NCBI GenBank assembly: GCA_951804945.1
Contig: OX638149.1
Span: 74,152,001-74,216,000 of the forward strand
DNA: 64,000 bases
Direction: 5' to 3'
Origin: Podarcis cretensis
Lineage: Eukaryota
The position numbers and the translations under genes are program-made. This document shows, in pieces, positions 54,355 to 64,000 of the stretch. Under the pieces are notes generated by a model. It worked only from the letters and a program-made list of their open reading frames with translations. It was not told the DNA's origin and did no database searches. How positions within the stretch are numbered: position 1 is the first letter of the stretch; each line of letters opens with the position of its first letter.

Positions 54355-57300
54355 CACACATATATGGTATATTATATATGCATATGTATATGATATATAC
54401 ACATCATGATCAACGTGTACTTTAACCAATGTCTATCTGGTCTATGTATATTATGTAAGAATCTGAATACTTGGCATGCAACTCTTCAGACATTTTAAAA
54501 TGAAATGAAATGATATTACTCTTTGTCCAGTATTTTCTTACTGCTTGTTTTTGCACACTGGATGGTGTAGAGACAGCTGGTCAAAAGACCACTGAATGCA
54601 GAATAAGTGCTGCTATGCCAACAGAGAGGTGGGCAGCACTTATGCCACCAGGGCCCCCTGTACATCTGTGGAAAGCTCCATGGCCAAAGATAACCAATAC
54701 TCCTACTACTACTACTACTGCCGCTGCTAGTTTATTATTTATATGCCTTCCATGTGACTAGGTTGCCCCAGCCACTCTGGGTGCCTTCCAACAAATTAAA
54801 ACACACTAAGTATTCCTAAGTACCCAACAGCCACCCATTGGTGGTATTCTGCTGGCAACATGCATGTGTGGAAATTGGGCATTTGGGGTGTGTGTGTCAG
54901 GATGGTTGAAGACCCACAAGACACAGCTCCTTCCCTAACTCTCAATGTGCTAATAGAATCCATGTTTAGTAATGAAGTTGTGTATTTCTATGTATTGTAT
55001 AACACAATTGTTTAAGTTTATAATACATTTTCTAGTGTGGGATTCCTAGACCTTCTTTACTTCTATTTCATGATAAGGCACATATGTTGTTTTTAACTTT
55101 ATGTTTACCAATACTTTTGAAAATTATCTACTGCTTTTCATAAGGAGAGCAGGAAACATGAATATCTGATATGTAAAATGTAGATTAGGAAATGCAGACT
55201 AACTTACCCCACCCATGTTCCAGGCTTTTGCAAGAGTCGCCTGAGCTTCATCCAGTTTAACATCCAACAATATCTTGCCATTCACAGCCATGATTTCATC
55301 CCCTTTCACAATGCCTCCTGAAAAAGAAAATACAAAGCAAAGGAACAAGAACATTTCTGGCTTAATTACAGAAGCATTTACTACTCAGCAATGTGGAAGA
55401 TCAAACTAGAATATTTAATAAAGGCAGCAATTCTGGGTAGGGGAAACTATGCCACACCATACCAAAATAATGTTACAGGATTGGGGGGCTGATGCCTGTG
55501 GATCCCAACCAAGTCTGTGATTAAGTATCTATAAGATTCTAGTGTACACTAGAAGGAACTGCTAAACTGTTTAAACCAGTTTGCTAAGTTAATGGCCCTA
55601 GCTTGGCCTGTAAGCATTCTATCTGCATGGCTAAAGAGTTGGCCATGTTGCCATGTAAGCAAATAGCTGGTGATACCCTTCCAGGAGTAGTAAGGATCCC
55701 CTCCCATTACCTGGCTGGATGCCAAGTCATCTTGGCAGTAGGTGAACAATAGGCTAGGGAGCTTTTAAGCTGAAAACTTTAAAAGAGCCACAGAGGCTTG
55801 ATTTGTTCTGTGTGCTGAATCCAAAGCAGTGGTGCCAAGTTGCGCCCAACATTGGGGGGGGGGTATGTGTGAGCGTTGCGTGTGCATGATGTCACATGAA
55901 CAATGCCCCCCCCCCATCCACTCAGTCCAACACAGCCCACCATTCTCCACCTACCCACTGCCAGCTGTCTTACCTTGTGTAAGGGATATCCGGGGCAAAG
56001 ATGCTTCGCCCTGCACGTTCCCGGCAGAGACCACCAAAGCTCCTTTGGCCAAATCCGCACAGGGCTGACTTGGGGAAGGTGGCGAGAGCAGTGTGCCCCC
56101 CACCCAAAATGCACCCAGGGCAATCGCCCCGGTCTCAGCCCCCACGCTACACTGATGAGAAGGGATATAATTTTTGCCAATTCCCCCCTCCCTGTTAAAG
56201 CCCTACGAATCATCTTCAGAGAGTTGGCACACCCTCTGGAACAACATGGGGAGAAGGTTGCAGAAGGAGAGGGAAATTTGTAAAAATAGCTTCCCTCCCC
56301 ACTGTAAAAAGAGAAAGCCTCAGTTCCTTCAGCAGAGGAATGCTACTGAATACAAACCACAATTACTAACAAAGTATTTATACATTTCCAACAAGTAAAT
56401 AAGAGATATCTGCCTCAAGAATTCCATTGCTTAAAAATGAGCTTTGTAAGGTTTGAAAGATTGCAAAAAAATGTCGTCAACGTAACTGTTTTATCAAATG
56501 AGTGACATGATTTCATCTTTTCTATTGTTCTCGATCAAAGCTACCCACCATGCTTGTCTGCAGCACCACCTTCATAAATAGCAGAAACCACTATTTTTCC
56601 AATTGGTGAATTGATGCCCCCTTCTACTGCAAGGTCTAATGATCCTTCCTGTTAAGAAAAACGTAATTCAGAAAAGATGAAAGAAAAGCACCTTTGTGAA
56701 AAGGAACATATTGTTCAGCCTTTAAGAGTTTTCAGAAGTAAAGCCAGTATCTACTAAAATAAATAAACAAATCAATAACACTGATGGAAGTGGTTTTTGG
56801 GCATGGGCCAAATCCTTCAATAACATCTGGTGTTGGGAGAAGAGATTTTGGGTCATTCAGTGTGAGAGAGTGACTGTTGAACTTCGTCACCAGCAAGTTT
56901 CATTTTAAAATGAGCACTGGTGCCACATTGCATATTCCAACAAAGAAACTGCCTCCTAAAGCTTAACCAGTTATAATTCTTCCATCACAAACATTACCTT
57001 TTTTATGCGCAGAAGTCGCACATCTTTTCCCATAATCTGATCAGGTGAAAACTAGCAGAAAATCAATAAACATGAGTTAGTCATCAAAATTAAAAGACGC
57101 CTGCTTCTTGAGAGAAAAGCAATGACAAACCTAGACAGCATCTTTAAAAGCAGAGACATCACCTTGCTGACAAAGGTCTGTATAGTTAAAGCTATGGTTT
57201 TCCCAGTAGTGATGTATGGAAGTGAGAGCTGGACCATAAAGAAGGCTGATCGCTGAAGAATTGATGCTTTTGAATTATGGTGCTGGAGGAGACTCTTTAG

Positions 57301-60300
57301 AGTCCCATGGACTGCAAGAAGATCAAACCTATCCATTCTTAAGGAAATCAGCCCTGAGTGCTCCCTGGAAGGACAGATCCTGAAGCTGAGGCTCCAATAC
57401 TTTGGCCACCTTGTGAGAAGAGAAGACTCCCTGGAAAAGACCCTGATGTTGGGAAAGATGGAGGGCACAAGGAGAAGGGGACGACAGAGGACGAGATGGT
57501 TGGACAGTGTTCTCGAAGCTACCAGCATGGGTTTGACCAAACTGCGGGAGGCAGTGGAATACAGGAGTGCCTGGCGTTCTCTGGTCCATGGGGTCACGAA
57601 GAGTTGGACACGACTAAATGACTAAACAACAACAACAACTTTTTCAAATGCGAAAGACATATTACATAATGCGAAGCATGCATCTTAAAACAGAATGTAG
57701 GCACTTCTAGATATAATCTATGCAGAACATGCCCGTTGCAGGTCTCTGAATTAGTTTCTGCCTTAGTTCAGAAAGCTAAAAATGCCACCTGTGTCAAAAG
57801 GCAGCGCAAAGCATAAGAGATAACAAATGGCCTATACTTTTAAATGTCTTCTTACCATTGTGTAGGGATCAAAGTTTTCCACGTACTTCTGGAAGCCCTG
57901 CAAATAAAACTGGTAATCAAATACATGCATAGCAAACAGTAAATGGGGAGGGGGTGCTCCTAGATGAGCAAAGCCAGAAAAGAAATGAGATGATGACATA
58001 TTAGACAGTTTGTTCACATTCCTCCTGACAGTCAGAAGACATACAGAGAGATTCCAACTGTTTAGGATGTAATAGTCAAATAAAATTGTTCTAGAGAAGT
58101 TTCCTTAGACTTAGCTATTGACAAGTTACTTTTGTCTATGGATAGTGAAGGCTACATGCAGATGATGTATTTTGCTGAACTCCACTAGCATAATTAAGGG
58201 AGAGTTGCAGGCTCTCGGTAGAGGTTCAGCAATATAAGGAAGGAGTAAAGCTGAGATGGAACTGGCAAGTTGGCTACTACAAAGCAGAAAAACAAAATAA
58301 AGAAGAAAACATTTCTTAAAAGTTTTTATTTAATTGAACATGCATTCACATTCATCTCTTCAGTGCATGCATAACTTTTTAACTGCCTGTCTAAAGCAAA
58401 TCCAGCTCATTTTACTGCACATCAAGACTGCTCCTCTTAAACAACAGGGGTGGTGGTGAGACTGTATGGCTTTGGTTGTCTTCTGGTCTAACCCTGACTA
58501 GAATCCATGTGCCCGTTTCACACATATCTAACACTGATCCACAATGGACATGCTTACATGTATTAAAATCAAGCACATATACCAGTGATTAACTTATCCT
58601 AGTGGAATGATAAGCATGAGAAATAGGATGGTAAACACATTGGGATAGTCCTGTTTTATTAATTTCAGTGTAGTTTTAGGCATATCGAACTTTCTCATTG
58701 TTGACCCTGCTCCCTTTATTAACTCATTTGGGCCAGTTTTTAGATTTCTGGTTTCAGGTTTCACAGATTCTAGATTTGTTGTTTGGGGAATAGCTGTGTT
58801 CACAAAGCACTTTACTTGCAAATAGTACAACTCTGACATAATATGGTTTATAATAATGAATTCTGTAAAGAAGATAAAAATGAAAGTGATCTGGGCAGTC
58901 TTTATATATTAGAAAGAAATATTCTGAACAAATGTCTTAGAACTGGGAGTTGTAATTTGAGTGGAACCACTGATTCATGGTGTGATTTAAAGCAAATCAC
59001 TTCATCTTTCTTAACCTCAATGTCAGTTTCATAACAAACAGATGTTGTCCCTGAAGAATACTTTCCTGGGAAAATATGTTTTAAGAAAGAGTAAATACAA
59101 TACCTTTAAACAAACACAGGCTGGATCCAATAAACAAATCATTGCCACTCCAGAATAAACACTGTGAAATGCATTTAGTGTTTCTGGGAAAAGTGTCACC
59201 AAACTGTTTTCACTGTGTACTACTAACAGGTGCACAACCACTGGGCATTGCTACATTAAAATTTAAATTGCAGATCTAGTACTGTACTTCTGCTTCATGG
59301 TGAAAGGAGAGAATATTAGCAGACTGGTTCCAAGTAGGAAGGCAACAACTTTATTCTCATATTTTAAAACCACATCATTTGGCCCTGTGAGTTTGTTTGT
59401 TTTAATAAACCAAAACAAATAATCAGCATGGGTGGGGTGGGGAAAAGCAAGGTCAGGACTGTGGAGTGGGGGAAGAGGTGCTTTAATCAGGGCAAATAAA
59501 GCTCCCATTGATGTCTTAAAATATCAGGATTTTTAGTGCTTGTAATTAGAACCAAACTACACAAGGTGTTTTTCATGTACTTTGGCCTTTAGTGCAAACT
59601 TTTTTCTTTCACTAATTACCACTGTAGGGATCCCCAGTCCGGACTGGTACTTTGGTGTGGGGTTTGGGGGCCATTAAGCTTTATCCTGCAGCTCTAATCC
59701 CAACCTGGACTGGGCCTCTCTTCACCCGCAATCTGCATCAGGGCACGGAGCTCCCATTTGTTTAAATTGGAGCTTTTTCTCCCAACGCAAATTGCAGGTG
59801 CAGGGGCTCTGATTAGAACTACAGAAGGGGACAAAGGGTTGGATGCCACATCATGGTCTTAACGCATAGTCCTCCCCAGAGTGGTGATTTGTGATAGAAG
59901 CAGCTTTCACTTGGGAACAAACTACATGATAAACATTATGTAAGACCCCTAGTTTCTCAATATGCTAGCAGGAGTTGCATGCATTCATCAAGAGAGTATA
60001 AAGCTTGACTAAGATAATAATCTTAATCCATTATTATTTTAGAAAGCTATACTGTGTCCTTATTCCAAATGACAACAGGGAGGGGGGAATAAAGAGAGGG
60101 AGAATGCTAGTATCAAAGCACAACTGAAACACCAAAATGCCACACAAACAAAGAAAATGTTATTTTACTTGTTTTTTGTTATTTTTAAACGATGAATTGT
60201 AAACCACCATCCTTTTAAACATCTCTTGAGGCTGAAAAAAAGATAGAAACAAATTGCCAAGTGTGCAATTAGTTATCCTACAAATACATCAGCAAGAGCA

Positions 60301-63300
60301 AGGTTACTTTTGTACACGTACAAACTTCTTCTGCATTGAAGGCACAGTTGAACTATATGTTGCATCATGGATCAGTTGCACTTCAAATAGACACTGCCTA
60401 GCTGGACTATCTGGACTCCCTCTCACAGAAGGAGAGGGAATAAGATGAGGAAATGAGAGGCAATGAAGGGATAGTTAAATAGTTAGGATAACTTAAGGAG
60501 ACGACTCAGCTGTGTTAGGTTAAAATACTAGAACTTATTTTAGTATCATGTAAAAAAATACAACTACTTCTGGGTATTGCTTTTTATAGATAAATATGTT
60601 CACTGTTTTAACTGTGTTCTGTCCTGGCTGGATTATAAAGATCAGTATCTCTCATCCCACATATCCTGTGTGGATATACTCAGTTAAGTGTACAGGAGAA
60701 GAGTCCTACGGTCTCTTAACTCACTAGGGACTGACAGCAGGTAGGTATTGTGAAGACTATTGATGGAAGGCTAGATTCAGGGCAGTAGCTGAGTGGCTGA
60801 TCTATTTGACCTCCAGGAGCCAGGGTCTTGTAGGAAACCCCAGGAATGCCATCCATGTTAAGAGCTTAAGATCTGTCACACGTCACAATATATCTGACAT
60901 GTTCAGTTTGCATTCTGAGTTAGAACTCAGAATGAAAGGTGGACACCAGTCGTGAGCAGATCACTTGACATGCAATACCCAACACACTTGCAGCATGCAA
61001 ATTATATAGGATTAATCTTACCAGGGCTTCTGATTTGATTGCTGGTCTGACCATGATATTGTGGTCAGGATGCAGCATGACAGGTTTGGAGACTATAGGT
61101 ACAGCTGGGCGACGCAGGGCAGGAGGGCTTGGAGAAAATTGCTATGGAGGTGCAATTTAAGAATATTACAGAAAACACCTGTGTGATTCACGCATTCTAA
61201 ATGTAATTCAGACACTTCATCAACTTCTATCAAGTCCCATGAAACTCATACGAAGGTAACCCACACCACCCACAATACCAACCAATGCACTATAGGGGTG
61301 GGGTGGTGATGGGCGTGGGTGGGGAACTTTATAGTTTGAACAACAATTTAAGCACCAAGCAATACTAGACTCAGGGCCATTTGGATATTTCATTTAGAAT
61401 GCTTGCTTTTCCACTGATAGCTAGGACCATAAAACTAGGCATTTCATAAATAAAACAATTCGTTTCTTCTGAGATCTGAAAGTCTTATGGTATTATGTTG
61501 GAAGGCTATCACATTTTCTTTATTTACTAAATATATATATATGACATACCAATGGGCTGCCTGATGCAGACGACATTTTGCTGAGGTGACTTGTATTTCG
61601 TGCAACCTAAATGACAACAGGTTTCATATGGGGTATGATGACTTATGGTTTTGACATACCACACAACCAATAATCATTTGAAAAACAAACTGGTTTATGA
61701 CAGAAAGAATAACAACATGCAGGTGACAAAATATGTACTTCTTTTGAAGCAAGCGTGACAACCTTCAGATAGTTTGACCCTTCAAAGAGCTGTCTTACTT
61801 TAAAACAGGATAAAAAAATTATAATGAGAATTGTTAGATAACTTTCATTTTAAATATTCTTGGCCCTTTATGGGTTTCCTCAACCCATTTGTATTAATTA
61901 AAACAGCAATACTGTACAGTTACCTGAGATTAAACCCTGCTGAACTCAATGTGGTTCAACTACATATATGTGTATAGGATTGTGCCATATATTAAAGTGG
62001 TCAATGACTAATACATTCCTTCCTTCATTGAAACAAGCATGCAAATATTTGTGAACACAGACTAATCCCTACAATATGATTTAAAGCACTCTTATCTTAT
62101 TTATAAACACTGAAATCAACTTATGAAAGAGAAACAAGCTAAACTATTAAAAACATGAACACTAGCATTTCCACCTGGATGGAGAACTGGTATTAAAATC
62201 TTCATGTACGAAAACCAGAAACCAGAGAAAGCCTTTTGAAACAACAAAGCATCACAAGCAGACAGAAAGAACATGCAATTTGGGAGGACCAAGGATGGTC
62301 TTTAGTAGAAATCTGCAAAGAAGGTGCACCATTAGAGATCTCCATTGTGGTTAACAGATAGTGGAGTGCATAGTGAGCTATCAGTAGCTCAACAGCAAAT
62401 TTAGTAAAAATGTAAAGGTAAAGGGACCCCTGACTGTTAAGTCCAGTCGTGGACGACTCTGGGGTTGCGGCACTCATCTTGCTTTATTGGCTGAGGGAGC
62501 CGACGTACAGCTTCCGGGTCATGTGGCCAGCATGACTAAGCTACTTCTGGCTTAGCAGCACACGGAAACACCGTTGACCTTCTTGCTGGAGCGGTACCTA
62601 TTTATCTACTGGTACTTTGACGGGTGGCACTGTGGTCTAAACCACTGAGCCTAGGGCTTGCCAATCAGAAGGTTGGTGGTTTGAATCTCCACGACGGGGG
62701 GGGGGGGGAGCTCCCGTTGCTTGGTCCCAGCTCCTGCCAACCTAGCAAATTTAGTACTTGATCATTAATGTGCTACTCAGAAGCACATTCATGTTTGATT
62801 CTCAGCTGTTATGCACATTTGCTCAAGCAGCCCCCCTTTTTCTTACACAAATATGTAGCAGAAAAACACACACTCAGGTGACTAATATAAGCTGTACAAA
62901 TGTCTCCATGAAGCACAATAGGATTTCCATAAATGTGCAAAAGACCACACTGGGGTGGGGGGCGGGGGTGGGAGAGGACAAGCATGATAAGACCATGTTC
63001 TAAAATGGGCTTATCTTTTCTTTTGTGGGGGAGTGGGGATGCTACAGTACAATATCATGCAGAGCAAAACTCACAGTGGAATATGTATATTTTCTGTTGA
63101 CAAACTCAAACAGAAGCAGGAGGTGGTTGGGTTTGCCACAGATGCAAAACATATTCCATACTATGTCATACCTTTGGATTGGATAAATAGGTCTGCTCAC
63201 TGGTCTGAGAACTAATTGGACTAAAGCTCCTTCCCTTGTAGCTTTTCATTTCCCAGTCATTCACTGAGTCTGCTGGCCCATTAGGCTGATAGCTGTGGCT

Positions 63301-63678
63301 GCCCATCCTTTCTTCCAAGTGAGTGGGCACAGGATGGAGAGTCGGAGCAGGAGGGGATGGGGGAGAAGATGGGGATGACAGGGGAGGAGGGGCAGCATGC
63401 ACCCAGGAAGGAGAAGGCGATGTAATCCATGATGCTGCAGTAGAGGGCATTGGAGGCGGTCCCCTAGGAGCTGGGATACTTGGTGGAGGAGGCGGGTAAG
63501 TCCCTGGGAATACAGGAATTGCATGGGGCAATGGAGGTGGAGGTGCTGGGCGTTTTGGAGGCTTGCCAACATCATCTAAGCTGATATCGTCAAGGTCAGT
63601 GGTGTGGAGCTGCAAACCACCAGCAAACCTCCGCACAGATGTAGCAGAAGGAGAAACAGCGGGACGTACACCTGTTGT
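50566..63678 (-). CDS. USH1C: USH1C / harmonin, 3' exons (PST region, PDZ3, C-terminal PDZ-binding motif); 5' exons lie past the right edge
   Basis: Nine exons translate to [63 protein letters not shown]...[22 protein letters not shown], matching harmonin; syntenic upstream of ABCC8. Confidence 0.97.
50822..50850. repeat. (GT)14 microsatellite
   Basis: Read directly. Confidence 0.95.
51969..52065 (-). CDS. USH1C: USH1C alternative penultimate exon (harmonin b3-type)
   Basis: tttag|C CCT ATT...; [31 protein letters not shown] resembles human RKLLEDRAAVHRHGFLLQL; the donor is ambiguous (51973 or 51948). Confidence 0.82.
53071..53117. repeat. Perfect 22-bp tandem duplication
   Basis: catttttgctaacccaatttct x2 plus cat. 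Confidence 0.9.
53489..53742 (-). mobile_element. Squam3-like tRNA/CORE SINE, full length
   Basis: Minus strand GAGAGCCAGTGTGGTGTAGTGGTTAAGAG head, CORE-like ctgggtgaccttgggc, (CTT)n tail; atgtg direct repeat at both ends. Confidence 0.82.
53856..53911 (-). CDS. USH1C: USH1C exon, end of PDZ3 (56 nt)
   Basis: [18 protein letters not shown]; gcag acceptor, gtaagg donor. Confidence 0.95.
54316..54351. repeat. (AT)18 microsatellite
   Basis: Read directly. Confidence 0.95.
55208..55317 (-). CDS. USH1C: USH1C PDZ3 exon (110 nt)
   Basis: [36 protein letters not shown]. Confidence 0.95.
56549..56648 (-). CDS. USH1C: USH1C PDZ3 exon (100 nt)
   Basis: [33 protein letters not shown]. Confidence 0.95.
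56998..57051 (-). CDS. USH1C: USH1C exon (54 nt)
   Basis: [18 protein letters not shown]; ctag acceptor, gtaatg donor. Confidence 0.95.
57079..57639 (+). mobile_element. BovB (RTE) LINE, 5'-truncated 3' end
   Basis: ORF end ...[27 protein letters not shown]...[18 protein letters not shown], (CAA)n tail, one in-frame TGA near 57254. Confidence 0.93.
57856..57897 (-). CDS. USH1C: USH1C exon (42 nt)
   Basis: [14 protein letters not shown] (human DFRKYEEGFDPYSM). Confidence 0.92.
60169..60231 (-). CDS. USH1C: USH1C harmonin-b exon (63 nt)
   Basis: ttcag|CCT CAA GAG...CAA|gtaaaa; [21 protein letters not shown] (human PQEMLKRMVVYQTAFRQ); weak donor, so the 3' boundary is less certain. Confidence 0.82.
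61022..61141 (-). CDS. USH1C: USH1C harmonin-b exon (120 nt)
   Basis: [40 protein letters not shown]; atag acceptor, gtaaga donor. Confidence 0.92.
62407..62747 (-). mobile_element. Sauria SINE with inverted 5' head
   Basis: 3' body and CCTTTACCTTTA tail on minus (62407-62621), tRNA-like head on plus (62620-62747), 13-bp TSD agcaaatttagta. Confidence 0.88.
63172..63678 (-). CDS. USH1C: USH1C large Pro/Ser/Thr-rich (PST) exon (507 nt)
   Basis: ttag|ACA ACA GGT...CCA AAG|gtatga; contains [17 protein letters not shown] and polyproline runs (ORF-track 63166..63636). Confidence 0.93.
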
Positions 63679-63886
63679 CTAATATAATAACAAATAAATC
63701 TGTTTTAACATAGCACTTGCTTAAAACTACCTGAATACATCCTCACTAAAAGCAAGCGACAGAGCACAAGGCCGCCTGCTGCTATAATAACATTTCATTT
63801 CCACGCAATGCCAATTGTCCGATTGGCCCACATACCAATATGTCGCAATTCAGGTCAAAGGAAACCAGTATTTGCGACAACAAATC

Positions 63887-64000
63887 TGTTATGTACTGAA
63901 GTTCTCACCCTGGGCCAGCAGGGGGATACTGTAGATAGTTATGCAAATAAGGGATCGAAAGTGACGTTCAGTGATTGGATAGTTTTAGAAAATTGTTACA
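63887..64000 (+). mobile_element. Possible LTR 5' end (runs off the window)
   Basis: Starts TGTTATGTA and carries ATGCAAAT, TGACGT and inverted CCAAT promoter-like motifs; the other end is not visible. Confidence 0.4.

Noticed and set aside
57052-57597. 181-aa minus-strand ORF, the longest in the track
   Set aside because: Antisense reading of the BovB fragment, not a host gene.

Overview
Vertebrate genomic DNA, almost certainly from a squamate and probably a lacertid lizard (inferred from Sauria-SINE, Squam3-like SINE, BovB and Penelope-type repeats). Two multi-exon genes lie in tandem on the minus strand in the conserved order ABCC8 <- USH1C. (1) ABCC8/SUR1 coding exons 1-26 run from the ATG at 42719 down to 1109 (3332 coding nt, phases consistent throughout); the remaining exons lie beyond the left edge. 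A CpG-island promoter sits at about 42.4-43.3 kb. (2) The 3' part of USH1C/harmonin runs from the PST exon at 63678 to the TFF-stop exon at 50566, with a poly(A) signal near 49.9 kb. Introns hold many Tc1/mariner, hAT and Harbinger-like MITEs, SINEs and LINE relics. Nearly all entries in the supplied ORF track are spurious or exon/intron read-throughs. I see no new protein-coding system. The best second-look items are a Penelope-type minimal hammerhead ribozyme on the ABCC8 sense strand in intron 10, a twin-primed 5'-inverted Sauria SINE, a MITE family carrying CTCF-like motifs, a GC donor at ABCC8 exon 23, a splice switch that changes harmonin's C-terminal PDZ ligand, and a dense RBFOX-motif cluster around the harmonin-b exons. 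Comparisons with human proteins and repeat consensus sequences are from memory, not from database searches.
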